Sequence record: MN882542
Length of the DNA stretch: 64,000 nt
Direction: 5' to 3' (one strand)
Source of the DNA: Escherichia phage JN01
Shown here: positions 1-8,841 of the stretch, one piece after another
Position numbering within the stretch: position 1 is the stretch's first letter
Layout: each line of letters starts with the position of its first letter
The notes under the pieces: generated by a model
The model's input: only the letters and a program-made list of their open reading frames with translations
Databases searched by the model: none
What the model was told of the DNA's origin: nothing
Made by a program: the position numbers and the translations under genes

Positions 1-1180
1 GTTGCTTAAAAGTAGCTTAAAAGTTACGTAAATGCTAGCCCCCTTAACATTTTCTTAACAATTTCTTAACAAACCCTACATAGTTATGCTTTTAAGACAC
101 TTGTTAGCAACTTGTTAGCCCCTTGTTAAATCTCTGTTAAAACCACGTAAAAGCCTTGTAAGAGCCTTTGACATAGCCTTTAAAGCTCCTGTAAAGCCCT
201 ATAAAGAGCTTTCTACATAGTTGGTGTGTAATTACTAGAAAGAGACTAAAAAGAGCTTATAAGGAGCTATAAAGGGCTTTTAAGAGGGCTATTTAAAGGG
301 TCACTAAGAGGGAAAGGGAACGATAAGAAAAGAGATAGTGACCATGTTAATAGCTTGTTAAAAAGATTAAACACTTGTTAGGAACTTGTTAATTATCTTA
401 ACAAAATAACTCTTTAAAATTAACTTGTTAGCTCTTGTTAGTCATCTGTTAAGACTCTGTAAAGACCATGTATCAACTGTTAAGAAACTGTTAAGTTCTT
501 GTTAGTTCTGTTAAGAATCTGTTAAGACCTCTGAAGAGATGTTAAGAGGATGTAGTAGCTGTTAAGAGATTGTTAAGGATATTTTAAAATTCTGCAAAGG
601 GATGGTAAGGGAGCTGTTAAGGGCTACCAAGCAGATATACATCCTAATCAGATATTTTTCAGTTCCTTCAAAGACCCTAAAAAATGACTTGATAGTCCTA
701 TTTTATAAAAATTTTAAAATTCTGAATAATTACCTAGACAGTCTTCTAAAAATACAGGCATAAACAGGCTTATAAGATACCTTGTTAGTACCGTGTTAGA
801 CCTTGTGAGATAAGGTCTGTAAAGATATTCCTGTTAAGTTTGTTAAAACAGTCTATATAGAGGCTTAGTATTTCCTAGTGAACACCTATAGAGGGTATCA
901 TAGCTGACATAGAGATTAAGAGGTGTATAGGAGCTTCTAAGAGGGTGTAGAGGTATGGTTAAGGTGATTGTATAGGTTGTTAAGAAGGCTTGTTAGAAGA
1001 GTGTTTAGAAGGGCTATACAGAGGGGCTATTAAGACCACTAGATAGATACTAAGATACTATATAGTACTATATAACTATATAGAGAGTAAGATTAAGAAG
1101 GATGTTAAGAAGGGTAGATATTTTATTCACATATGATGGTGACCCAGAGGTTGGGACAACCGATAAAATTTTATAAAAAT
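1..1180. repeat. non-coding repeat-dense region; about 30 degenerate copies of YTGTTARR (core TGTTAAG), with reverse-orientation CTTAACA copies at 45-70, plus purine-rich TAAGAGG-type motifs and short TACTATA tandems near 1040-1085
   Basis: No ORF of 60 aa or more in any frame; stop codons are built into the repeat unit; motif copies visible by eye at 101-150, 347-585, 770-850, 960-1010. Confidence 0.8.
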
Positions 1181-1205
1181 TAAAAAGCCCCCAATTAAGG
1201 AGGCT
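1181..1205 (-). terminator. rho-independent terminator ending the leftward early block
   Basis: Minus-strand hairpin GCCUCC-UUAAUU-GGGGGC followed by a U run, immediately past the stop of the 1217 gene. Confidence 0.5.
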
Positions 1206-1216
1206 CTTAAGATATT

Positions 1217-1765
1217 TTAAACCAGTGTTTCCAGAACTGTTTTCAATGATGACTTGGTTGTCTGATAAAAATGAGTAAATCCATTGTTATTATCGAATAC
1301 CTGCATCATGATATCATCTCCCTTGATTGGGTACACTCGGATATCATAGTGAAAACCATTAAAGACACAAGAACCACTACAGAATCCTCTAAAGTCATCC
1401 ACTGAGATGTACTCTTCATGACCTGTGATTTTTATACAAACACCTTTACTCGGTCTCTTAGGGTTGATATCTTCCATCACAGACATACTCTGACCACCAA
1501 GAGACACTATAGTGACCACTTTACGGTTCTTCTGTCTAAAGTACATCTTAACTTTCTGTAAAGTGTCTTCATAGAACGGATAAGACTTCTCTACAAAGAT
1601 TCCTTCTAATGGCTCTTTACCGTTTACAATACCTCTGGTATGACGTACTGCAAAGATAATTTGTTGGAGCCAATCAAAATTTTCTTCGGATAGTGCTTCT
1701 CGAATATCATTCCAATCAAGGACTAGATAGTTACCTTCAACATCTTTTAAGTTATCTTTTTCCAT
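1217..1765 (-). CDS. hypothetical early protein
   Basis: ORF-track frame; track start at 1810 is TTG, so start moved to the internal ATG at 1765 just past the upstream stop. Confidence 0.5.
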   Translation of the reverse strand: MEKDNLKDVEGNYLVLDWNDIREALSEENFDWLQQIIFAVRHTRGIVNGKEPLEGIFVEKSYPFYEDTLQKVKMYFRQKNRKVVTIVSLGGQSMSVMEDINPKRPSKGVCIKITGHEEYISVDDFRGFCSGSCVFNGFHYDIRVYPIKGDDIMMQVFDNNNGFTHFYQTTKSSLKTVLETLV

Positions 1766-1778
1766 ATCTATCACACCA

Positions 1779-2243
1779 TTATCGTAAAACTTGGTAATCT
1801 GGTACTGCAAACTTGTTGTTGTTGTTTTTAATGAGGTCTTCTTTTGTTACAAAGAATGTAAGCCCACATAAGTGTGTATAGTGGCTACCATACTCAAATA
1901 CTTTAAGTAAGTATTCGCCATCATCATAAACATGCTCTACTACACCTTTTGCAACAATCTTTCCAGTCTTGAAATCTTTAAGAGGGTATACATTACCAAC
2001 TTTAGGAACTGTTTTCATCTCAGGTTCTTTTAGCTTCTCACCAGCTTCTACATCACCTAGTAAGTGAGAACTATCAAAAGCTACATGTTGCATATAAGCT
2101 TCTGAGCATTCCCAGATAAAGCAACTTACAAGAACCTTAGCAGCATGTCTTGAACAATTCAGCTTATCACAAATCTCTTTGTACATTTCATCTTTAGTTG
2201 AGTTGTCAAGCATTGCTTTTTGGACTACTTCTTTAATTTTCAT
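1779..2243 (-). CDS. hypothetical protein
   Basis: ATG start preceded by GGAGAG Shine-Dalgarno; tightly packed in a co-directional block. Confidence 0.6.
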   Translation of the reverse strand: MKIKEVVQKAMLDNSTKDEMYKEICDKLNCSRHAAKVLVSCFIWECSEAYMQHVAFDSSHLLGDVEAGEKLKEPEMKTVPKVGNVYPLKDFKTGKIVAKGVVEHVYDDGEYLLKVFEYGSHYTHLCGLTFFVTKEDLIKNNNNKFAVPDYQVLR

Positions 2244-2661
2244 AAGCTCTCCGAATAACCCTATTAAGCATCTCTAAAGTCAGCTTTCCAGATTCTAAAT
2301 GTGGCATGATGAGTTTTAAAGCTTTTTCAACATCATGCACAACATCTATTATACCTTCTGCATAGGCTTCTACAAGGATATCTTTTACATTTTGTGATTT
2401 ACCTTTTTGTGGTATCACTAGACGCATATCAAACTCATTTGCTTGAGGATGGTTCTTACCTTGCCAATAACCATCTTTGTTAAAGCTGATGTAGTCACCG
2501 TGGTAAAAGTGTACACCATTAGCTTTAAACTTCTCCAGCACAAGGCATTGAATTGGGTATTCAGTATTCCACTCCCTGACTCCTATAACCTTCACTGTTG
2601 CGATGTACTCCTGTGTTTTTGCATCTATGATGTCAAGTTCTTGACCAGCTATGATTTGCAT
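2233..2661 (-). CDS. hypothetical protein
   Basis: 142 aa ORF with ATG start, overlapping its neighbour as in an operon. Confidence 0.6.
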   Translation of the reverse strand: MQIIAGQELDIIDAKTQEYIATVKVIGVREWNTEYPIQCLVLEKFKANGVHFYHGDYISFNKDGYWQGKNHPQANEFDMRLVIPQKGKSQNVKDILVEAYAEGIIDVVHDVEKALKLIMPHLESGKLTLEMLNRVIRRAYEN

Positions 2662-2715
2662 ATTCGCTACCTTCTAAGTTCCTACAAAGGGGCTATCAAG
2701 TAACCCCTCAAGTGA

Positions 2716-2940
2716 CTACTCAGACTTTTCAGTCTTCTTATCGGATTTCTTACTAGTCTTCTTCTCAGCTTTCTGCTCAGGTTCCTTCTCAGAAGTTACC
2801 TTGATAACCATATCAAGAAGCTCTGATAAGTCACTCTTCAGCAGAGTAACAGGCTGCTCATTGTAGAAGTTTTTGTCAAGATAAACTTTAAACTCTTCTA
2901 TAGAAGGAAATCCAAAAATTGGTACAGGTGTCTTAATCAT
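2716..2940 (-). CDS. hypothetical protein with lysine-rich C-terminus
   Basis: 74 aa ORF with ATG start; its start overlaps the stop of the small ORF upstream (TAATG). Confidence 0.5.
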   Translation of the reverse strand: MIKTPVPIFGFPSIEEFKVYLDKNFYNEQPVTLLKSDLSELLDMVIKVTSEKEPEQKAEKKTSKKSDKKTEKSE

Positions 2941-3035
2941 TACTTAGTTTCTCCATAAGCATCTTTCAAGATTGCCTTGTTAATCATTTCAGCGATTGCA
3001 AAACGAACACATACAGCTATAATTGTAGGTTGCAT
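2940..3035 (-). CDS. small hydrophobic protein (31 aa)
   Basis: ATG start; stop overlaps the next start as TAATG; translation MQPTIIAVCVRFAIAEMINKAILKDAYGETK; below the ORF-track size cut-off. Confidence 0.3.
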   Translation of the reverse strand: MQPTIIAVCVRFAIAEMINKAILKDAYGETK

Positions 3036-3520
3036 TCTTTACTTACCTCTTCAAGTTTAACCTCAGAGTCCTTAAGACGTTTCTTATGAACTCTAAACCT
3101 CATTAGTGCGATGATGATACCAACTAAAGGAACAGCATACAAGTACCAAACATCATATACCTTTGCAGTAATCTGTGTAATGGTCAAGTCTTGAGCTATG
3201 GAACTGATTGCTGATACTGCCAGTAATGTTGCTAGGAAAAACGCTAGTATCATTACCGTGCTTAAACAACCTCTGGCATGGTGTTCATGCTTAATGCACT
3301 TATTCTTTTCGTCAACAACTCTGTTGTAGTCATTTGTAAAGTCTCTGTAGAAAGCTTTCAAGTATTCTTTATTGTAGCCTTCAAAGCAACCTGTACCGTA
3401 CCAATAATCACCACCAAAATGTGCTATGATACCAGTATCCCCATTTGGTTTAGTTACTCTCAAAGATGTGTGATGACGAGTATCTTGATAGTCTATTTTG
3501 TATCTTTCTTCGTAAATCAT
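3017..3520 (-). CDS. membrane protein (C-terminal transmembrane helices)
   Basis: Track start is GTG; ATG at 3520 has a GAGAGGG Shine-Dalgarno and ATGA overlap with the upstream stop; hydrophobic stretch ILAFFLATLLAVSAI. Confidence 0.55.
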   Translation of the reverse strand: MIYEERYKIDYQDTRHHTSLRVTKPNGDTGIIAHFGGDYWYGTGCFEGYNKEYLKAFYRDFTNDYNRVVDEKNKCIKHEHHARGCLSTVMILAFFLATLLAVSAISSIAQDLTITQITAKVYDVWYLYAVPLVGIIIALMRFRVHKKRLKDSEVKLEEVSKECNLQL

Positions 3521-3735
3521 TTTCCAATCCCTCTCAATCGTTTGTTCCACTCAAGGTCAACAAGTCTTTGTAGGACTTTCCCTCTAGGTGTTACACCTTT
3601 TAAATCTGCATCATAACAATGGTAAAAGTCACCTTCAGCGTGTTTACCATAGCATTTTCTGATGTTCTGACTCCTACGATACTGCTCTAATAGGGATAGT
3701 CTGTAGTAATCTTCAACTGTAGTTAATTTTTTCAT
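3517..3735 (-). CDS. hypothetical protein
   Basis: 72 aa ORF with ATG start, in operon context. Confidence 0.5.
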   Translation of the reverse strand: MKKLTTVEDYYRLSLLEQYRRSQNIRKCYGKHAEGDFYHCYDADLKGVTPRGKVLQRLVDLEWNKRLRGIGK

Positions 3736-3818
3736 TCTTTCACCACGTATCTTCTCAAGAAACTAAAAAGGGAACTACCTCTCGATAGCTCCCATCATAG
3801 TTAATATTGTATACTCGG

Positions 3819-4400
3819 TCAAGAGTATTTTTTAGGCAGTAATGCACTACGCTTGTTACTCTCTTCACTCAATAGTGCGATAAATTCATCACCTTTCCCT
3901 TTCCACGGACTGAATGTAGGGATGTGCTCTCTGATAGCCTCAATCACTGTTTTCAGGGCATTGTTCTTTAACCACCAATCAGACACTGCCGAAGCTACAA
4001 TGTAGTAAGCACCATCATCTGTGAAGATTGGCTCAGAGATACATGGTGAAATCATAGTGGTAATGATAGAACCATTATTCATGTAGTATGTTCTTTTTTC
4101 AACCTTATCAAGAAGCTTATGAAGGTCTGCAAAGAGACTTACCACCTCTTTATGGTCAATATCTTTTTCAAGGTTTGCCCTGTATTTCAATAGTGCAGCA
4201 TCAACCTCTTTATCATTGAATTTGAAGTATTGGACTTCTTCATTCACACATACACTGATATTGTTGGTGTTTATCGTCAATTTGCACAGTTTGACTGGAG
4301 AGTTGATGTTGGTCTGGAAAAGTGCTACACAGCCTTCTACATTCCCGAAATGCTTGACTAGTGTAACTTCTGGTTGGATGTGCTCATGCTCTTCTGACAT
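3819..4400 (-). CDS. hypothetical protein
   Basis: 193 aa ORF with ATG start. Confidence 0.6.
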   Translation of the reverse strand: MSEEHEHIQPEVTLVKHFGNVEGCVALFQTNINSPVKLCKLTINTNNISVCVNEEVQYFKFNDKEVDAALLKYRANLEKDIDHKEVVSLFADLHKLLDKVEKRTYYMNNGSIITTMISPCISEPIFTDDGAYYIVASAVSDWWLKNNALKTVIEAIREHIPTFSPWKGKGDEFIALLSEESNKRSALLPKKYS

Positions 4401-4744
4401 TACAGTTTCCTCATTAAATACTTTTTAAGTTGTGTGTTAGGTTTCTCAAAAACTTCTATAGAAGATATCTTGACAGATTCACCACGCATACCAGTGTGTT
4501 TGAAAATATAGTACTCCAACATACCTATGTATTTTGCTGGTAAGTCATACTTGACGTACACTGTTACAGAATCTTCAAATTCAACAACCTTTGTACCATC
4601 TTTGTAGTTAAACTCTTTAGGATGGTTGTAATTGTCGATGTCGTACATTAAAAAGAGTCTTTTCCGTTGCATGTCAAGCTTATTGGTTAAAGACTCTTTG
4701 ATATCTGAGAAGTTTTTATAGACTATGACATGGAGCTTACTCAT
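4400..4744 (-). CDS. hypothetical protein
   Basis: 114 aa ORF; stop overlaps the downstream start (TAATG). Confidence 0.6.
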   Translation of the reverse strand: MSKLHVIVYKNFSDIKESLTNKLDMQRKRLFLMYDIDNYNHPKEFNYKDGTKVVEFEDSVTVYVKYDLPAKYIGMLEYYIFKHTGMRGESVKISSIEVFEKPNTQLKKYLMRKL

Positions 4745-5030
4745 CGTTAAACTCTCTGACGAAGAAATAGTTGACTTTGTTATTACCTACCATAAGGTCA
4801 AAGCAGGTGTTCTCAAAAGGTTTGTTGTAGGCATCATATGAAGTGTACGTATCAGCTACTTGTTTAGTATTGAGCTTTTTACTTGATGGATTTAAGAGGC
4901 CACCATACAGTTTCTTGATAGCCTCTTCTACAACAGACCAGATGATTTCGTCAGTAATTTCTTCGTACAGGTCAAGTTCACGCTCTAGTGAGAAGTCACA
5001 AATAGGGAAAATAACCTGTACTTTACTCAT
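4737..5030 (-). CDS. hypothetical acidic protein
   Basis: 97 aa ORF with ATG start; D/E-rich. Confidence 0.55.
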   Translation of the reverse strand: MSKVQVIFPICDFSLERELDLYEEITDEIIWSVVEEAIKKLYGGLLNPSSKKLNTKQVADTYTSYDAYNKPFENTCFDLMVGNNKVNYFFVREFNDE

Positions 5031-5425
5031 TAACGGATAACCTGTGTGACTTGAATTGCTTCAGTTACGGACAATTCACCTACTTTCTCTTCTTTGATAA
5101 AAGTGAAGGTGAGTTCAACAGGTTCTTCTTCTTCTTGCTCAACTGGAATGCCGTTAAGCTCATCAAAGATTGATTGAGTTGTCCAATCTTCTCCACCATC
5201 TGGGTAGTGGATTGCGTAAAGTGGAAACTCTAAATTATACCAAGCAAAAACAGGGCAACCATCTGCATCATCTCGACATCTGTGGAGATATGTGTTTGTG
5301 CCTTCAAAATGCAAATGGAGATTACCATTCTTCTCAAAGAGAAGAGCATCTTGCAGGTCTAGTTCCTCATTTTTGCTGTAACGGCTGACATCAACTTTAA
5401 CGTGAATATGACTGTTATTATTCAT
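5030..5425 (-). CDS. hypothetical acidic protein
   Basis: 131 aa ORF with ATG start; contains an EQEEEEPVE acidic stretch. Confidence 0.6.
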   Translation of the reverse strand: MNNNSHIHVKVDVSRYSKNEELDLQDALLFEKNGNLHLHFEGTNTYLHRCRDDADGCPVFAWYNLEFPLYAIHYPDGGEDWTTQSIFDELNGIPVEQEEEEPVELTFTFIKEEKVGELSVTEAIQVTQVIR

Positions 5426-5816
5426 AAAAACCTCTCTCTGCTTGTTCGATTTTTGCTCTTAAAATTTCGCAATGTTGTAAATGGTAGTTAGCTTCTTGTT
5501 CATGTGTTGCTAACTGCCTTTCAAGAACAGTTTTATAATAACCTGCAAGTTGCTCTCTTGTCAATGGGTTCTCCGAAATAATATCGAGACCACTTTCACC
5601 TAGAGTATTAAACTGCCCATTTTCATTTACATGGTAAGTTTCAAACTTGAATAAACCGTTATTAGCAGCCTCAATAGGTGAGAGTTCAACCAACTCAACG
5701 GTGAACATTGTATGCACTCTATCACCAACTGTAACAACGTTACTTCCAATGATGCGTACAAGCGAACCATTACGTGTGTACTTAAAAGTTCCAAAGTCAC
5801 TGGCCCAAAGCTTCAT
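5418..5816 (-). CDS. hypothetical protein
   Basis: 132 aa ORF with ATG start and strong AAGGAG Shine-Dalgarno. Confidence 0.6.
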   Translation of the reverse strand: MKLWASDFGTFKYTRNGSLVRIIGSNVVTVGDRVHTMFTVELVELSPIEAANNGLFKFETYHVNENGQFNTLGESGLDIISENPLTREQLAGYYKTVLERQLATHEQEANYHLQHCEILRAKIEQAERGFYE

Positions 5817-5831
5817 AATTTTCTCCTTAGA

Positions 5832-5857
5832 AAATAAAAAAGGCTCCCGAAGGAGCC
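5832..5857 (-). terminator. rho-independent terminator downstream of the endolysin gene
   Basis: Hairpin GGCTCC-CGAA-GGAGCC with a U run on the transcribed (minus) strand. Confidence 0.5.
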
Positions 5858-5867
5858 TATGAAGATA

Positions 5868-6332
5868 TTACTTTGGATATACACTGTCAAGATAAATGTC
5901 AGCTTCCATTCTACGTCTGTTTTTCAGGCCGTTTGAAGTGACCTTCTTACCCTTGACTGTAACCTTGTTCCACCACTGCATAGCTTCTGCACAACCTACC
6001 TTATTACCAGCATTGTGGCGCTTGATAAATGTAGAATCCTGCATAGCTGTGATACCGATGTTGTATGTTTCACTTACAAGTGCATCGAACTCATTCTGAG
6101 AGGTTGGAACCTTGATAGCTTTATTCACTGCTGCAACGAACTTCTCAACATCTGCAAGAAGATACTGTTCAGCCTGTTCAGCAGTAATTTTCATACCCAG
6201 CTTAACAGGTTTTCCGTCAATACGGATTGTACCATACCCGATTGTTGGGATTCCGGCAGAGTCTTCGTAAGCCTCTAACTTCAGACCTTCAAAGAACTTG
6301 ATAGCTTCTAAACCTTTTCTTGAGAGTTGCAT
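5868..6332 (-). CDS. endolysin, phage lysozyme (glycoside hydrolase family 24, P22 gp19-like)
   Basis: Motifs EGLKLEAYEDSAGIPTIGYGT and QNEFDALVSETYNIG match phage lysozyme family signatures. Confidence 0.85.
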   Translation of the reverse strand: MQLSRKGLEAIKFFEGLKLEAYEDSAGIPTIGYGTIRIDGKPVKLGMKITAEQAEQYLLADVEKFVAAVNKAIKVPTSQNEFDALVSETYNIGITAMQDSTFIKRHNAGNKVGCAEAMQWWNKVTVKGKKVTSNGLKNRRRMEADIYLDSVYPK

Positions 6333-7216
6333 TATGCCTCCCCTGTTGGGTTAACTGTAACTGTTGCTGCATTAGATGTTACAGAGCCACCTGCGCCAGT
6401 CACTACACAGGTATAGCTTCCTGCATCAGCAGTAGTTGCACCTTCTTTGGTGTAAGTTGCAGCAGTTGCGTCTGGGATGACTTCCTCACCTTTCTTCCAC
6501 TGGTAACCTGTTGCACCGGTTGCCACAACATTCAGCGTTAAGGTTTCACCTTCAGTGATTTCTTGATTTGCTGGCTGTTGAGTGATAACTGGCAAAGCAT
6601 TCACAGTTACTGTTGCTGCATCTGAGGTGACACTTGTTCCACCATCTCCAGAGACAACACAAGTGTATGAACCAGCATCAGAAGGTGCTACGGATGGTTT
6701 TGTGTAAGTTGCAGAAGTGGCACTAGGAATGTCCTCACCATCTTTCTTCCACTGATAACCAGTGGCATTAGACGCAACAACACTCAGAGTAAGTGTCCCA
6801 CCTTCATTGACTGTTTGGTTTGTTGGTTGCTGAGTGATTGATGGTGGTGTGATGGCATCTTTCAACTTAGCATTCAGCATTGAGAAAGGTTTAACTCTTG
6901 CCAGCCATTCACAGTAAATTGTGTCAACATCTTTACCGTTGATGATTGCATACTGTAAATCCATGAAGAAATCAGCAGTTCTCATCTGTGCACCAACACT
7001 GTAAAGGAGTTCATCACTAAAAGGAACTTTGTAGTCTGGTTTGTAGTCAAACTTCTTAACTTCTGCGATGTCAGCTTCAGGCCAATATGAGCTATAGGTG
7101 AGTGGTAAAATAGCTTCTTGATATGTTCTAAAATCATATCTCTTACCAGCCTTTACATTTGCGATGAAACCCTTCACAAATTCTTTGAAGTCTGGGTAAG
7201 TCTTTGCTTTAATCAT
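6332..7216 (-). CDS. protein with two tandem Ig-like domains and an N-terminal domain paralogous to the next gene
   Basis: C-terminal repeats TLTLSVVASNATGYQWKKDGEDI...GSYTCVVSG and TLTLNVVATGATGYQWKKGEEVI...GSYTCVVTG. Confidence 0.7.
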   Translation of the reverse strand: MIKAKTYPDFKEFVKGFIANVKAGKRYDFRTYQEAILPLTYSSYWPEADIAEVKKFDYKPDYKVPFSDELLYSVGAQMRTADFFMDLQYAIINGKDVDTIYCEWLARVKPFSMLNAKLKDAITPPSITQQPTNQTVNEGGTLTLSVVASNATGYQWKKDGEDIPSATSATYTKPSVAPSDAGSYTCVVSGDGGTSVTSDAATVTVNALPVITQQPANQEITEGETLTLNVVATGATGYQWKKGEEVIPDATAATYTKEGATTADAGSYTCVVTGAGGSVTSNAATVTVNPTGEA

Positions 7217-7584
7217 TTCTTTTTAGCCTCTAAACGTGCGTTTAATCTAAAATAGCCTTTATGTTGTGGAGACACATCACCAACAACGATACCTTCAACT
7301 TTATAACCTTTACCGATTACATACTGGATATCCATAAGAAATGTACCAAGTCCTACAATGTGGAACATTGGGTATAATAACTTATCTGAATCTGGGAGAT
7401 TAATATCTGGGTTGTAGGTAGGCTGTTTACTAGTAGGTGTAATATCTTCTTCAGGCCATTTACTTAGTCTCCATGTCAAAGGTGTTGGGATAACATCATT
7501 AAGATTGTACCTCCCACCATTCTCCACGGAATGGATATAGGATTGTAGGAAGCAATAAAAGTCTTTTGCACTCTTAGCTTTCAT
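7213..7584 (-). CDS. hypothetical protein, paralog of the N-terminal domain of the 6332-7216 protein
   Basis: Shared motifs KAK..DF, GKRY/GGRY, LLY, F-MD-QY; ATG start with AAGGA Shine-Dalgarno. Confidence 0.6.
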   Translation of the reverse strand: MKAKSAKDFYCFLQSYIHSVENGGRYNLNDVIPTPLTWRLSKWPEEDITPTSKQPTYNPDINLPDSDKLLYPMFHIVGLGTFLMDIQYVIGKGYKVEGIVVGDVSPQHKGYFRLNARLEAKKK

Positions 7585-7599
7585 TAAATATCCTTATAA

Positions 7600-7624
7600 A
7601 TAGATAAAGGGGCATTAGCCCCTG
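7600..7624 (-). terminator. possible terminator hairpin
   Basis: AGGGGC-ATTA-GCCCCT hairpin between convergent-free gene ends; flanking T-rich sequence is weak. Confidence 0.35.
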
Positions 7625-7631
7625 TTTATAC

Positions 7632-8222
7632 TTAAGCTTTGGTCTTAAGTAGGTTCTTAAGTTTTTTGAGATTCATGCTCTCGTCAAACTTAAAACCAAA
7701 TCCATTGACATAATCAATGAACTCGGATTTCTTACTAAGTGATAGCGCGTAACTCATATCAAAGTTATTACTGGTTTCTGCGTCTGGACTAGAGTTCACA
7801 TCAAATGAAATTTCTGTAGGCTCTTGCTTGCTACTTCTCATATTATCAATTAATAGGCATGTATAGTTCGCTGGATAGAAGTTTGCACTGCCATCAACAT
7901 ACCCATACTTATTGTTGTGAATAAGGTTTGAAAATACCTTAAGAAATGTTTCTGAGTCGTGGCATACAAGTTTGAATTGACTGCACTCTCCAAGAGCCAC
8001 TAAAGAGTAAGGGCTTTCACTATCAATGTCGTAGTTTGGATTTGATGTTGTAACCGTCACACGCATCAAGTTATTAGCGATGGTCTTCTGTTTAAAAGAA
8101 TTTGGGACATAGTGAAGACCTCTATCACACTGATTAACTAACTCTTTAAGTAGGTCATTTGCATAAGGTGAATTAATTGATACAGAGCCATCACTATTGT
8201 AATTAAAACTTACTGTTAACAT
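7632..8222 (-). CDS. hypothetical protein
   Basis: 196 aa ORF with ATG start. Confidence 0.6.
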   Translation of the reverse strand: MLTVSFNYNSDGSVSINSPYANDLLKELVNQCDRGLHYVPNSFKQKTIANNLMRVTVTTSNPNYDIDSESPYSLVALGECSQFKLVCHDSETFLKVFSNLIHNNKYGYVDGSANFYPANYTCLLIDNMRSSKQEPTEISFDVNSSPDAETSNNFDMSYALSLSKKSEFIDYVNGFGFKFDESMNLKKLKNLLKTKA

Positions 8223-8449
8223 TTTTCAGTTCTCCTGCGGTTTATAATTTTGCTGCAATAGAGAAACGAAGTAAACTCACTGGAAGAAACCATTAAGTGT
8301 TGTTCACTAGACTGAGCCATTGCCCTGAAATACATTCCAGTCAAAGCATCGTAGTGACTATTCTTTCCAATTGAGGTTATATAGCCATGACTCTTTGCAG
8401 TTTTATATAAATCTATAATATCTGCGATTTCTAATTGGGAACTACACAT
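8216..8449 (-). CDS. hypothetical protein
   Basis: 77 aa ORF with ATG start and AGAGGA Shine-Dalgarno. Confidence 0.5.
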   Translation of the reverse strand: MCSSQLEIADIIDLYKTAKSHGYITSIGKNSHYDALTGMYFRAMAQSSEQHLMVSSSEFTSFLYCSKIINRRRTEKC

Positions 8450-8592
8450 AGATAATCCTCTTGTCTTCTGTAATTTTGAAAGAACAGGTACAGACCAATT
8501 TCAGAGGATGAATAGTAGAGCAACTCTACCCTTTTTGATTCCTTACAGTGATTGGTATTTTTACCTTTCTTCGGGTTGTTTGATTTTCTCAT
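8431..8592 (-). CDS. small basic protein (first gene of the leftward block)
   Basis: Track start is TTG; ATG at 8592 has an AAGGAG Shine-Dalgarno; 19 nt overlap with the next gene leaves this uncertain. Confidence 0.3.
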   Translation of the reverse strand: MRKSNNPKKGKNTNHCKESKRVELLYYSSSEIGLYLFFQNYRRQEDYLCVVPN

Positions 8593-8637
8593 TAAGTCTC
8601 CTTTGTAGAACAAGGCAGACCTACAGCTTTAAGTAAG

Positions 8638-8667
8638 ATGGTACAGTAATCCATACAACAAGTCAAG
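8638..8667 (-). promoter_or_regulatory. candidate sigma70-type promoter for the leftward block
   Basis: Minus strand reads TTGACT, 17 nt spacer, TACCAT. Confidence 0.35.
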
Positions 8668-8691
8668 AACTATTGCAAGTTAAAAAAGTTG

Positions 8692-8732
8692 TTGACAAAG
8701 GACTTGACAAGGTGTAGGCTTATAAATACTTA
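8692..8732 (+). promoter_or_regulatory. tandem TTGACA element (TTGACA-N6-TTGACAAGGTGT) followed by TATAAAT
   Basis: Almost the same element recurs at 49848-49870; sits in the divergent intergenic region upstream of the 8842 gene. Confidence 0.4.
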
Positions 8733-8774
8733 GAAGATAACTTAAAAGGTTCCTCTAAAAAGGCTATTTAAACA

Positions 8775-8794
8775 GATATCTTTCTGGATATCTA
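8775..8794. promoter_or_regulatory. inverted repeat AGATATC-N6-GATATCT (operator-like)
   Basis: Perfect 7 bp arms in the divergent regulatory region. Confidence 0.3.
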
Positions 8795-8841
8795 TCTTTT
8801 ATCTTAAAAGCCTTTTAAGAGGTCTTATAAGAGGCATACCA

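Noticed and set aside
1-1180. Possible CRISPR array in the repeat region
   Set aside because: Repeat units are only 7-8 nt, degenerate and irregularly spaced, with no unique spacers of constant length and no cas genes; not CRISPR-like
6320-6541. Cysteine-rich 73 aa plus-strand ORF
   Set aside because: Antisense to the Ig-domain gene and driven by the GCA/GTT-rich repeat sequence; no start context
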